Shown here piece after piece: positions 46,886 through 56,640 of a DNA stretch of 64,000 nucleotides. A program made the translations under genes and the position numbers. The notes under the pieces were generated by a model that saw only the letters and a list, made by a program, of their open reading frames with translations, was not told where the DNA came from and did no database searches. This DNA is from Leptonemataceae bacterium (GTDB taxonomy: Bacteria; Spirochaetota; Leptospiria; Leptospirales; Leptonemataceae), in NCBI GenBank assembly GCA_965227295.1, contig OZ245742.1, positions 3,296,001 to 3,360,000 of the forward strand, read 5' to 3'. Position 1 is the stretch's first letter. The number at the start of each line of letters is the position of its first letter.

Positions 46886-48277
46886 GTGATTTTAGTTCTT
46901 CTCTTTGGTTTGCTTTCTTCACCGGCCTTCGCCGATACACTGCTCCTGAAATCCGGCGAACGCATCAACGGTACCATCACGAACCAGAGCCGGGAGAGCG
47001 TGATCATCCGCCGCGCGGACGGCAGTACGCGCACCATTCTCAAGGCCGACATCGAGCGTACGTTCTTCGGTGATGCCGAAGAACAGCGCTACCGCAAAGA
47101 ACAAGAAGCCATCCGCGAGCGCCAGGCGGCCGAGCGCCGTAAACGTGAGGAAGCCGCCCGCCGGAAACGCGAAGAGGACGCGCGCCGGAAACGCGAAAAG
47201 GCGGAGCGCCGGCGTGCCCTGGAAGAACGCGAAGAACAACTCGATCGGCGGGAGGCCGATCTAAAGCAACGCGAAACAAGGGTTACGGAGCGGGAGCACC
47301 GGCTGGAGCAAGAAGGTGATCGCGAACCAGCCGGGCCGGCCCCCGACTACACGTTGCGTTTGCGGGCCGGCATTGCCGGGGGCTCGTTTATCAGCGATCT
47401 CGAAGAACGACTCGGGCAGGACCTGGAGTACGCCGCGCTGACATTCGGCGGCATCGGCGGTGCGACACCCTGGGAAAGTGACGGCTATGCCGGTTTTCCC
47501 CTCGCGGTCGGTCTGGACTACGAGTCATGGTCCTTCGATATCGCGTACGAACGCACGGAGGGCGAAGGCGTGTTTCAGGGCCTGATCTATCTGCCGTCCA
47601 TTGCGTTCGGGGGGCTCAGCGCAAGCGCCTCTCAACTGAGTCTGTATACGGCGCGACTCATTCGCCACCGCGTCGATGTGCAGGCCGCGTATCGTTTGTA
47701 CGGTGGAGAACAGGCCGGCCCCAAACTTCATTTGACCGGAGGTTTACGCCGTCAGGAGGGCGATGGGCGCCTGAGCACTACTTCCATCGTGAGCATCGAC
47801 ATCTCCGGAGTTTCGTTTGCGCAACTGAGTCAATCGTTACGCAGCGACTATGTGTACGAGGACACCGGCCCCCTGTTCGGGCTGGGTTTTCGCTACGATT
47901 TCGCGGGCGGCTGGGACGTGCACACGACACTACGCATCTTTCGTTTGCGCGGCGGCGAACAGCTCAGCGAGTTCAGCGTCGCCCTGAACAGCGATCTGAG
48001 CGCGGAAACCGAAGCGATCAGCGAGACCGGCGATCATCTCATCCGCGGCTACGAATGGACTCTCGGTTTCGGTTACAGCATCGGGCGGGCGCGCTTGTTT
48101 TTCGATTTTACCGGCGAGCGAAGCCGCGTGCGGGACTGGAATGTGCAGCGCTTTACGGCGTCGTCGAGCGCGTTCACGCAGTCCGGCGCCCTGGCGGCGT
48201 ATTTGCTTTCCCGGGACGGTTCCGAGCATGCGGATCTTCGCCGGGGCATTCATTTCGGGGTGGAGTTTTCGCTGTAG
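46886..48277 (+). CDS. LA_0442/LA_0875-type N-terminal domain, coiled coil and probable outer-membrane beta-barrel
   Basis: Signal ending AFA; DTLLLKSGERINGTITNQ; charged coiled coil; terminal GIHFGVEFSL; start uncertain. Confidence 0.65.
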   Translation: MILVLLFGLLSSPAFADTLLLKSGERINGTITNQSRESVIIRRADGSTRTILKADIERTFFGDAEEQRYRKEQEAIRERQAAERRKREEAARRKREEDARRKREKAERRRALEEREEQLDRREADLKQRETRVTEREHRLEQEGDREPAGPAPDYTLRLRAGIAGGSFISDLEERLGQDLEYAALTFGGIGGATPWESDGYAGFPLAVGLDYESWSFDIAYERTEGEGVFQGLIYLPSIAFGGLSASASQLSLYTARLIRHRVDVQAAYRLYGGEQAGPKLHLTGGLRRQEGDGRLSTTSIVSIDISGVSFAQLSQSLRSDYVYEDTGPLFGLGFRYDFAGGWDVHTTLRIFRLRGGEQLSEFSVALNSDLSAETEAISETGDHLIRGYEWTLGFGYSIGRARLFFDFTGERSRVRDWNVQRFTASSSAFTQSGALAAYLLSRDGSEHADLRRGIHFGVEFSL

Positions 48278-48360
48278 AAAAATTTTGCGCTCAAGTGAAC
48301 TCGCCGCAGGCAAATCGCACTCGAACGCAATAGTTTCTCTTAGAGTTAGAATAGAAGAAG

Positions 48361-48942
48361 TTAGTGCAGTTCCCAGGAGCGCACGATGTTGCGATGCAGG
48401 GCGCCGCGCGAGCGGATGATCAGATCGACGTCCAGGGGTTTCGCTTCGCCGGCCAGGGCCGCCGCCGCGCGCAGGCCGTCGCAGGACTGCTTCGCCATGG
48501 TGCCGTCGAAACGATACCAGCCGGCATACTCCCACTCGTCGTCCTTCGTGTAACGGTACAGTTCCACGCGAAAGAGGGCGGCGTAGGCTTCGACTTCGTC
48601 GTCCTCGGCCGGATCGAAGACGGTGATCGCATCGTTCACGCCGCAGGTAACTTTGAGCATGACCATGCCGGTTTTGTAGCCCGGGTTGGTGCCCCAGAGC
48701 ACGCCCGGTACCGGCACTTTTTTCGGATACAGCATCGTCTCCGAGCCGTTCAGAATCCGCGGGTCCGTGAAGCGGTAGGTGCTTTCGACGTCGTCCGCGG
48801 CGAAGAGCCGGGGCGTCTGCGAGACGGCCGCGAAAATCATCAGGGCCACGATCATGCGGCGTTTATGCCGCCGCCGCTTTTGCCGATCCCCGCCGCCGAT
48901 GCGCGGGCGGTCGAAATAGGACTGCACGTTTCCGTCGATCAT
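48361..48942 (-). CDS. Hypothetical exported protein
   Basis: Hydrophobic segment followed by a globular region; no family recognised; start uncertain. Confidence 0.6.
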   Translation of the reverse strand: MIDGNVQSYFDRPRIGGGDRQKRRRHKRRMIVALMIFAAVSQTPRLFAADDVESTYRFTDPRILNGSETMLYPKKVPVPGVLWGTNPGYKTGMVMLKVTCGVNDAITVFDPAEDDEVEAYAALFRVELYRYTKDDEWEYAGWYRFDGTMAKQSCDGLRAAAALAGEAKPLDVDLIIRSRGALHRNIVRSWELH

Positions 48943-49014
48943 GTTGAAATAGACTACCGGAATCCGGGCGCGGTTCGCGGAAAAATTGTAAAAAATGTCG
49001 CGAATCCGCACCGA

Positions 49015-49367
49015 TGCTGGTTCTTTACGGCGAAGACGCCGTTCCGGTGCGCCGTACCACATTGCCCGGCATAACCTCCGTTCATCTGCTGGAACCAGCC
49101 GTGACCATAAAAGTGTAAATCCAGACTGGCCGCGACGTACACCACGATTCGGGGCGTGCTCGAATGCATGAAAAATTTCCGGTAGATCAAGAGCCTTGTT
49201 TCGTGGCGTTTGCCGTGAGACACATGAAGTAAGTTGCGGAATTGAGAAGTGGTTTTTTATGCTACGGCTCGCAGGAGTTGTGGAATTTCGTTTTGTTAAG
49301 AGGGTCCGCCTCGACCCGGACGTCGGTTTGCGACTCAGCTACCGTAGCGATTCTTACGGCGAAGACG
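49015..49367. repeat. Modular non-coding repeat, family D, block 1
   Basis: Unit of about 330 bp from GAAGACGCC at 49032 to GAAGACG at 49361; collinear with 50550-50882. Confidence 0.9.
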
Positions 49368-49407
49368 GGCGAACGTGAGTTCGTGCTCGAACTCATCGGA
49401 CGCATCG

Positions 49408-50340
49408 TCAAAGTAACGGTGTGCTTTCGGTTTCACCCGGCGGGCGTGTGTGCCAGCGTCGGTGCAGCCAGAAGTAATCCTGCGGGTGCTGCTTAACTTT
49501 TTCTTCGAGCATGTTAACCCAGGTCTTTGTAAAGACCGCGTCCCAGGCCTCCGGATCGGGGCGATGATCGAAGTCCGGGCGGGGAAACTCCTGGATCTCG
49601 TAGACCAGGCGGTCCTGCTCGTCGTGGTAGGACCAGAGAAAGTACAGCGGGGCGTCGGACAAACGCGCGAAGGCGGCCGGTCCCTGGAACGTGGACGCCG
49701 GGCGGCCGAAGAAGTCGATGAACTTGCCGTTCTTACCGGCGTCCTGATCGGCGATGAATCCGATGACGGCCTTTTGTTTAAGAAGTTTTAAGATTCGCCG
49801 CGGGCTTTCGTCCGTGTAGATGAGCCGGATGTCCTGGGAGCCGCGCATGCGTTCGATCCAGGCGTTGGACCAGGGGTTCGATTGACGTTTCGCAAGCACG
49901 AATAAATCGCCGCCGTTGCGCGTGATGGCCACACCCTTCCACTCCCAGTTCCCCAGGTGACCGAGAATCAAAATGCCGCCGTCGGCATAGATGCGCCGGT
50001 GAGTCTCCGCGTCCGGTTTGAGGACGAACCACTTTTCGAGAAAGTCGTCGTCGACGAACGGGTTCTGCAAGAACTCGGCGCCCATGCGCCCCAGAATGCG
50101 AAAGTGTTTGGTTGCGATGTCTCGCCGCCAGGCCTCGCTCTCGTTCGGGAAGGCCAGTTGCAAATGATTGCCCACGCGCTGCCGCGCTTCTCCGGCCAGG
50201 CGGCCGAAGATCAGTGACAGGTTCTGGAGCAAACGTGCCCGCCAGGGGAACGGCAAACGCATGAGCAAGAACGTGAGCGTCCGGGATACCGAGTACTCCA
50301 GGAATTTTATGAATGTCTTTTGGTATCGCTTCCGCGCCAT
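49408..50340 (-). CDS. Lipid A lauroyl/late acyltransferase family (LpxL/HtrB-like)
   Basis: GHLGNWE, FIADQD, FFGRPA, PQDYFWLHRRW. Confidence 0.9.
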   Translation of the reverse strand: MARKRYQKTFIKFLEYSVSRTLTFLLMRLPFPWRARLLQNLSLIFGRLAGEARQRVGNHLQLAFPNESEAWRRDIATKHFRILGRMGAEFLQNPFVDDDFLEKWFVLKPDAETHRRIYADGGILILGHLGNWEWKGVAITRNGGDLFVLAKRQSNPWSNAWIERMRGSQDIRLIYTDESPRRILKLLKQKAVIGFIADQDAGKNGKFIDFFGRPASTFQGPAAFARLSDAPLYFLWSYHDEQDRLVYEIQEFPRPDFDHRPDPEAWDAVFTKTWVNMLEEKVKQHPQDYFWLHRRWHTRPPGETESTPLL

Positions 50341-50389
50341 GATCGCGAGCGAATGTATATTCCGCGGGAGACACGTCAAGCAATCTGTT

Positions 50390-51052
50390 GGCTGGATCTT
50401 TACGAAGAAGACGCCGTTCCGGTGCGCCGTACCACAAGCCCCGGCACGACCTCCGTGGGTGGGGAACAACTGCCGCGGCCCCAACAAGTGGGGCCTTGCC
50501 GACACCGGACGTCGGTTTGCGACTCAACTACCGTAGCGTTTCTTCCGACGAAGACGCCGTTCCGGTGCGCGCCCCACATTTCCCCGGCATGACCTCCGTG
50601 GTCGCCTGGAACCAGCTGTACCCATACAAGGCTTAATGTACACTGGCCGCTACTTACATCACGATTCGGGGTGTGCTCGAACGAATGAAACGTTTCCGGT
50701 AGTTCAAGAGCTGCGGTTTGGTGCGTTTGCCGTGATAAACAGAAAGTAAGTCGGCAAACGTTAAAGGAAATCTTTTTATGCTACGGCGAAGCGGGAGTTG
50801 TGGATTTTCGTTTTGTTAAGAATGCTGCGTTCGACCCGGACGCTGATTGTGCGACTCAGCTACCGAGGCGATTCTTGCGACGAAGACGCCGTTCCGGTGC
50901 GCCTTACCATGCTCCCCGGCATGACCTCCGTGGGTGGGGAACAACTGCCGCGGCCACGACAAGCGTGGCCTTGCCCCTGGAACCAGCCGTACCCATAAAA
51001 GCCTTAATCCAAACTGGCCTCAACTTACACCACGATTCGGGGCGTGCGCGAA
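50390..51052. repeat. Modular non-coding repeat, family D, block 2
   Basis: GAAGACGCCGTTCCGGTGCGC at 50407, 50550 and 50882, interleaved with shared sub-modules. Confidence 0.9.
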
Positions 51053-51065
51053 CCACAGCCAGGCC

Positions 51066-53105
51066 TCACGAGACGCCCACGGTCTGCCCGGTCACGGCGT
51101 CGGCGGTCCAGCCGAGTTCGCGGGCTTTCTCGCGAGCCTGCTTCGGAATGTCCGCGGCAATCAGGTTGCGGTGCAGAATCTGAACGCCCAGCAGGTGATT
51201 GATGACCGCGTCCAGTTGCACCAGGGTCGCCGCGGGGGTGTCCGGAGAATCGTGGAGCGCAAAGAGCGAACGCACGCCGTCCAGGTCCAGGATGCCGGCG
51301 TCTTTGATCGCAGCGTCGCTAAGGTAATCTTGTGCTAAGTTACGCATGGCCTGCATCTTCGTTTCGTCCGTGTGGGCCGGCGGGGCCATGAAGGCGAACT
51401 TCTCGCGTTCGTAGAGCACGCGCGGCAGCACGCCCTTCATGGCTTCGCGCAGGACGTACTTTTCAATGCGGTTTTTGATGCGATACTCCGGCGGGATCGT
51501 CGCGGCGGCCTCGGCCAGGTGATGATCCAGAAACGCCGGCCGGGCTTCCATGGAGTTCGCCATGTCCACACGGTCGCCGCCCCAGGTCAGGATCTGACCC
51601 TCGAGCATGGTCTTGATCCAGACGTACTGCGCCGCGTCCAGCGGATGGCGATTGCGTAACTGTTCTCCGTCCAGGGCCGCGGCGATGGCCTCGCCGGGTT
51701 TGTAGCCGTTCAGTTCGCCGCGCATGTCGCCGTGCATGAGGGCCGGCACGCGGGAGGACGCGGCGAGCCAGGGTTGCAGACACGACGGCGTGAATCCCAC
51801 GAGAGAACTGAGGGCGGGATCGTCGATCTCGTCTTCGGCGAGCATGGCGCCGCTGAAGAGTTTGTTGGATTCGTCGAGCATGCGTTGCCATTCCGCGCGA
51901 TCGCCCTCGGGCAGTTCGTGCAGGCCGTGCATGAACATGTCCCGGCGAAAGCTAGGATAACCGGCGAAGAGTTCGTCGGAACCCTCACCGGTGACCACGA
52001 CCTTGTAGCCGGTGTTGTGGACGTGACGCGACATGAGCAGTTTTGCCACGCCCAGGGTGTTGTAGATCGTACGTTCGGTGTGCCAGTGGGTTTCCACGAA
52101 GTTGTCGTAGAGATGGTCGGCGTCGAGCATCATGATGTCGTGGTCCGCATCCACCGCGGCGGCCATCTGCTTCGCAATGCCGCTTTCATCGTAGGCGTCG
52201 TTATCGAAGCCGATGGTGAAAGCCTTCACCGGATCCTGGCGGTGCGCCGCGGCCAGGCCCAGAATCGAGCAGGAGTCGATGCCGCCGGACAGATAACAAC
52301 CCACCGGGACGTCGGCCACTAATCGTAACTGAATGGCTTCTAAGAGCTTCTCGCGAACGAGGTCGACGTAGTATTCCTCGGATTTCATTTCCCGGCCGCC
52401 GCGCTCCGGGAAGGGCATGTCCCAGTAGGGGCGTTCGCTGATTTCGAATTGGCCGTTGCGGCGTTTGACGGTGACCAGGGTGGCCGGTTTCACCTGCTCC
52501 ACCCCGGCGTAGGGGGTCGAGCCCGGTACGATGGTCTGCATGAGCTGGTGGTACACGCCCCGGGCGTGGAAACGCCGCGGCGCCTCGGGATGAGCGAAGA
52601 TGGACTTGATTTCGGAGCCGAAGATTAAGGTCTTTTTGTCGTCACTTAAGGCGTAGTACATCGGCTTAATGCCGAAGCGGTCCCGGACCATGTAGAGGGT
52701 GTCGTTCTCGCGATCGAAGAGGGAGAACGAGAACTCGCCGCGCAGGTACGGCAGCATGCCGTCGATGCCGTAGCGCGGATACAGGTGCAGCAGAATCTCG
52801 GAGTCGCTCTTGGTGCGAAAGCGTGCGCCGCGAGCGGTGAGATCGGCGCGGATGCGCTGGAAGTCGTAGAACTCACCGTTGTGGGCGATCAGCAGCTTGT
52901 TGTCCTCCGAGACGAAGGGCTGCTGGGCCGTGTGCGCGAGGTCGATGATCGAGAGGCGCGCGTGAGAGAAACCCACGCCGTCCATGATCTGATAACCGTA
53001 GCCGTCCGGTCCGCGGTGCCACTGGATGGCGGCCTGAGCGACCAGGGTCTCCGGATCGACCGGTTTGTTTTTATCGGCGTGAATGAAACCTGAAATTCCG
53101 CACAT
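51066..53105 (-). CDS. asnB: Asparagine synthase (glutamine-hydrolysing) family amidotransferase
   Basis: MCGI, HRGPD, RLSIID, HNGEFY, RDRFGIKP, LSGGIDS, GEGSDE; substrate need not be aspartate. Confidence 0.9.
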   Translation of the reverse strand: MCGISGFIHADKNKPVDPETLVAQAAIQWHRGPDGYGYQIMDGVGFSHARLSIIDLAHTAQQPFVSEDNKLLIAHNGEFYDFQRIRADLTARGARFRTKSDSEILLHLYPRYGIDGMLPYLRGEFSFSLFDRENDTLYMVRDRFGIKPMYYALSDDKKTLIFGSEIKSIFAHPEAPRRFHARGVYHQLMQTIVPGSTPYAGVEQVKPATLVTVKRRNGQFEISERPYWDMPFPERGGREMKSEEYYVDLVREKLLEAIQLRLVADVPVGCYLSGGIDSCSILGLAAAHRQDPVKAFTIGFDNDAYDESGIAKQMAAAVDADHDIMMLDADHLYDNFVETHWHTERTIYNTLGVAKLLMSRHVHNTGYKVVVTGEGSDELFAGYPSFRRDMFMHGLHELPEGDRAEWQRMLDESNKLFSGAMLAEDEIDDPALSSLVGFTPSCLQPWLAASSRVPALMHGDMRGELNGYKPGEAIAAALDGEQLRNRHPLDAAQYVWIKTMLEGQILTWGGDRVDMANSMEARPAFLDHHLAEAAATIPPEYRIKNRIEKYVLREAMKGVLPRVLYEREKFAFMAPPAHTDETKMQAMRNLAQDYLSDAAIKDAGILDLDGVRSLFALHDSPDTPAATLVQLDAVINHLLGVQILHRNLIAADIPKQAREKARELGWTADAVTGQTVGVS

Positions 53106-53188
53106 AGTATTGAGTATCCTTTCGTTGATTCTTTGCTTGCTGCGCTTTTCGTTAAACTACTTACGAAAACACGCCGCGACCAGTGCGC

Positions 53189-53962
53189 TCAATTTGCGCC
53201 CTGGTGTTGCATGCGCGGCGGCATGCCCTTCGGCGGGCCGAGCTGGGACTCCACTTCCCGGATGCCCTCGGCCGTGCTGAGAATGCGCGCGTACCGATCC
53301 CGCAGGCCGGCGATGGTAAACTCCTGCAATTGTGAAGTTACCGTGGTGCACGCATCGTCGATGACCGTCACGAGATAACCTATGTCACAGGCGTCCCGAA
53401 CGGTGGTGGAGACGCATTCGTTGGTGTAGACGCCGGTGACGAAGAGGGCGTCGATCTCCATGTTTTTTAAGATGTAGTTCAGATTCGTCGAAGAAAAAAC
53501 ACCGCTGGCGGTCTTGTTGATGATGAGTTCATCGCCTTCCGGTTCGACCGCTTCCAGGAATTCCGCTTCTTTGCTGCCCGGGGCCGCGTGCAGACCCAGG
53601 CGTTTGTGGCCGGCGCTGCGATCCCGACCGTCCATGGTCAGCGACTGAATGCGCGTGTGGATCACTTCCAGGCCGTGGGTGCGGAAACAATCCTGGAGGC
53701 GCCGTACGTTCGGCAGTACCGTGTGTTTCAACGAGTCGAAGTAGTAGCGTTGTGCTTCCGGCGGTACGCCCGAGGCCGCCGCGTCCTTAAAGACGCCGTA
53801 GCCCTCGGCGGCGTCCAGGTACTGCAGGTCGATGCACAGCAGCGCCGTATGATAGCGACGAATGGCGGCACGACGCTCCGGAACGTTCGCGATGGTTTCG
53901 CGATAGCTCTTCTTGAGCGGATCGAGGTTTTCGTTTTCGGGGTTATCGACGACTGTGCTCAT
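53189..53962 (-). CDS. Isochorismatase-family cysteine hydrolase
   Basis: CIDLQ, INKTASGVF, GVYTNECV (intact D-K-C triad). Confidence 0.9.
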   Translation of the reverse strand: MSTVVDNPENENLDPLKKSYRETIANVPERRAAIRRYHTALLCIDLQYLDAAEGYGVFKDAAASGVPPEAQRYYFDSLKHTVLPNVRRLQDCFRTHGLEVIHTRIQSLTMDGRDRSAGHKRLGLHAAPGSKEAEFLEAVEPEGDELIINKTASGVFSSTNLNYILKNMEIDALFVTGVYTNECVSTTVRDACDIGYLVTVIDDACTTVTSQLQEFTIAGLRDRYARILSTAEGIREVESQLGPPKGMPPRMQHQGAN

Positions 53963-53976
53963 ATCCCTATCCTTTT

Positions 53977-54086
53977 GCCACAGAGGCACAGAGAACACAG
54001 AGAAGAAAGTTTTGGGGAGCAGGCGGCGTATGATCGGAGGGCCCACCATCCCTTAAAAAACTCTGTGTCCTCTGTGCCTCTGTGGC
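53977..54086. repeat. REPIN-like inverted repeat pair (CACAGAG type)
   Basis: GCCACAGAGGCACAGAGAACACAGAG at 53977-54002 versus 54061-54086; one mismatch in 26 bp. Confidence 0.9.
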
Positions 54087-54093
54087 CAATGGT

Positions 54094-55350
54094 TTACCCG
54101 GCCTCCGCCAGTTTCAAGAGTGTGTTCAACGCCACGTTCGCTCCCGCTTCGATGTCCTCCCAGTGCGTCCACTCGCGCGAGCTGTGCGAGCGCCCGTCTT
54201 TACTGGGCACGAAGATCATACCCATGGGCGTGATGCGCGCCATGATCTGGGCGTCGTGCACGGCGCCGCTCGGCATGTTGTGTGTTTTTAAATTCAGTTC
54301 GCCGGCGGTTTGCTGGATGGCCTGGACGATGGACGGTTCGCAGGGCACGGGCTTGACCTCGCTCAGTACGTCGAATTCGAACATGAGGTCCCGGCGCCGG
54401 GCGATGGCCGAGAGCGCGCGGCGGTACGCGTCGGATAAATCACGGAGGACATCTTCGCTGGTATCCCGAACATCCAGGGAAAACTCCACGTTGCCGGGGA
54501 CGGTGTTCGCCGTGCCCGGGAAGAGATGCACCCGGCCGATCGTCGAGACCGAGTTCTCCGCGCCGTGCTCTTCTAAAATGCGCGGGATCTCCGTAGAAAA
54601 TTCCGCGAGACCACCCAGGGCGTCGCGGCGCATGCGCATGGGCGTGGTGCCGGCATGATCCGCCGCCCCGATCAATCGTACGTTCCACTTAAAGAGACCG
54701 GTGATGTTCTCAACGACGCCGATGGGGATGCTCGTACTGTCCAGGACCGGCCCCTGTTCGATGTGCAGTTCCAGGTAACAACGTAACGTATCCGGATGTC
54801 GCCGGGCGCGCAGGGCGTCCATAACGTCCAGGCCCTGTTGTTTCATGGCTTCTTCCAGGCGCAGGCCGTCGAGATCGGCGGCGGTCTTCAGCCGTTTCGG
54901 GTTTACGTCGCCGACCAGGGACTGCGAACCGAGCAGACCGCCGAAGCGACCTTCTTCGTCGCTGAAGGCCACCATCTCCAGGCCGTACTTCGTTTGAATG
55001 TTTTGCTCGCGGATGCACCGCAGGCATTCCAGCGCGGTGAGTACGCCGAGGGCGCCGTCCAGGTGACCGGCCGCGGGGACCGTATCGATGTGCGAGCCCA
55101 TGAGAACCGAGGGCCGGCCTTCGGCGCAGTTGACCTTGCCGAAGAGATTCGCCGCTCCGTCCTGTTCGAAGTCCAGGCCGCCGTCTTCGATGCGGGCCTT
55201 GAGCCAGGCGCGGGCTTCCATGTCCCCGGGCGTAAAGGCCATGCGATAGATGCCGTGGTCGTCCTCGGACGCTCCGATCTTCGCGAGCTCGTTGATGTCG
55301 CGTTTGAGGCGATCGAAGTTGATTTTCAGTTGGCTGAGGGTCGCGGTCAT
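54094..55350 (-). CDS. M20 Zn-dependent N-carbamoyl-amino-acid / allantoate amidohydrolase family protein
   Basis: GSHIDTV, DGALGV, DEEGRF, ELHIEQGP, HAGTTPM, SGAVHDA. Confidence 0.92.
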   Translation of the reverse strand: MTATLSQLKINFDRLKRDINELAKIGASEDDHGIYRMAFTPGDMEARAWLKARIEDGGLDFEQDGAANLFGKVNCAEGRPSVLMGSHIDTVPAAGHLDGALGVLTALECLRCIREQNIQTKYGLEMVAFSDEEGRFGGLLGSQSLVGDVNPKRLKTAADLDGLRLEEAMKQQGLDVMDALRARRHPDTLRCYLELHIEQGPVLDSTSIPIGVVENITGLFKWNVRLIGAADHAGTTPMRMRRDALGGLAEFSTEIPRILEEHGAENSVSTIGRVHLFPGTANTVPGNVEFSLDVRDTSEDVLRDLSDAYRRALSAIARRRDLMFEFDVLSEVKPVPCEPSIVQAIQQTAGELNLKTHNMPSGAVHDAQIMARITPMGMIFVPSKDGRSHSSREWTHWEDIEAGANVALNTLLKLAEAG

Positions 55351-55391
55351 GGCTGGCTCCGGTGGTGTTATTAAGATATGTGCATCTGATG

Positions 55392-56498
55392 TTAGTTGCC
55401 GTTCTCTTCCGTATGCGGCTGCGGTGCCACGTCGATTACCTGGTTGATGCGCTGAGTAAGGCAGGTGAGCAGCGCCATGCGGGCGAAGACGGCTCCCCGG
55501 GCCTGGGCGAAGTACCAGTTGTGTTCCGTGTCGTCCAGGCTGACGTCCAGTTCCTCGCCCCGGGCCAGGGGGTGCAGAACTACGGCGCCGTCTTTCAACG
55601 GCGAACTCCCGGAGAGTTTGATGTCGCCGGTCAGAGTCTCGTAGGTTTCCCCGACCCAGGCGATGGAGTTGATGTAAACCACGTCCAGTTCCGGCAGGAC
55701 CTCTTTCAGGCGCTTTTCCACGCGCACGTTCAGCCCCTCGGCCTCGAGTTCCTCTTTCTGACCCTCGTCGAAGATGTTTTCCCGCGGGTTGATGACCACC
55801 ACCTCGTGGACGGCGTCCTTGATGAGCGTGAACATCAGCAACAGGCTGCGCACCGTACGCATGCGGCCGGGAGTGCCGATCACGCCGATGCGAATCTTTC
55901 GATCTTCCGGGAGCTTGCCGTCGCAGAGGTCCGGCCGCCACTTGAAGAGCGTGTACATATCCGCCAGGGCCTGGGTGGGATGTTCGTCGATGCCGTTCCC
56001 CGCGTTGATGATGGGAATGCGCAGCGCGGACAGCATGGTGTACACGGAGTCGTCGCGGTTGTCGCGCAGGACCATGACGTCGCCGTAGTTGCTGAACATT
56101 TCGGCGACGTCGTGCAGGGATTCGCCCTTGGCCATGCCGGTGGTGGCCGGGTCCGTGATGGACATGATGTCCCCGCCCAGTCGATGCCAGGCGCTTTCGA
56201 AGGAGATGCGCGTGCGCGTGCTGGGTTCGTAGAATGCGCTGATCATCAGTTTGCCGGCGAGGGGTTTGTACATCAGCCGGGGCCGGCATTCGTAGCTCGC
56301 GGCCAGGCGACAGATTTGCACCAGGGCGGACAGATCGAACTGGCGCGCCGAGACGATGTGATGGTTCGCCAGTTTCTGCAAATGCTCCGGCTTTTCGCTG
56401 ACGTGTTCGACGAGCGCCGCCGGACGTTCGATGCCGTTGACGCCGTCGCGGACTTCCACGGGTTGCGTTAGAAGGGGGTGTAGTTTATCTCGCAGCAT
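55392..56498 (-). CDS. Aspartate/ornithine carbamoyltransferase-family protein of non-canonical specificity
   Basis: FYEPSTRTR, KGESL.D, NAGNG.EHPTQ, LHPLAR; lacks the PyrB TRxQxER motif. Confidence 0.85.
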   Translation of the reverse strand: MLRDKLHPLLTQPVEVRDGVNGIERPAALVEHVSEKPEHLQKLANHHIVSARQFDLSALVQICRLAASYECRPRLMYKPLAGKLMISAFYEPSTRTRISFESAWHRLGGDIMSITDPATTGMAKGESLHDVAEMFSNYGDVMVLRDNRDDSVYTMLSALRIPIINAGNGIDEHPTQALADMYTLFKWRPDLCDGKLPEDRKIRIGVIGTPGRMRTVRSLLLMFTLIKDAVHEVVVINPRENIFDEGQKEELEAEGLNVRVEKRLKEVLPELDVVYINSIAWVGETYETLTGDIKLSGSSPLKDGAVVLHPLARGEELDVSLDDTEHNWYFAQARGAVFARMALLTCLTQRINQVIDVAPQPHTEENGN

Positions 56499-56517
56499 AG
56501 AGTTTGTTAGATTACGT

Positions 56518-56640
56518 TTACCAGATCTTACCGGAGCGCCAGTCCCGAATGAAGATCACCAGCAGCGAAATCGGTGCCGTCGCGGCGACCAGCAGGGCCG
56601 CGGTTACCAGTATGGAAAGAAACGTTACGGATACGATCAT
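56518..56640 (-). CDS. 40-aa single-TM peptide
   Basis: MIVSVTFLSILVTAALLVAATAPISLLVIFIRDWRSGKIW; ATGA overlap with the symporter stop codon. Confidence 0.6.
   Translation of the reverse strand: MIVSVTFLSILVTAALLVAATAPISLLVIFIRDWRSGKIW

Noticed and set aside
47125..47200. Imperfect 24-bp repeat (RRKREEAA)
   Set aside because: Ordinary coiled-coil coding repeat with synonymous divergence.
49015..51052. CRISPR array suggested by the recurring GAAGACGCCGTTCCGGTGCGC motif
   Set aside because: The intervals are about 143 and 330 bp and are homologous to each other rather than unique spacers; no cas genes are in the window.
54094..56289. Apparent 731-aa fusion upstream of the M20 hydrolase
   Set aside because: The N-terminal part is an off-frame read-through of the transcarbamylase gene; the real start is ATG 55350.
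55392..56498. Calling this gene pyrB
   Set aside because: The aspartate-binding motif is absent and there are no pyrimidine biosynthesis neighbours.
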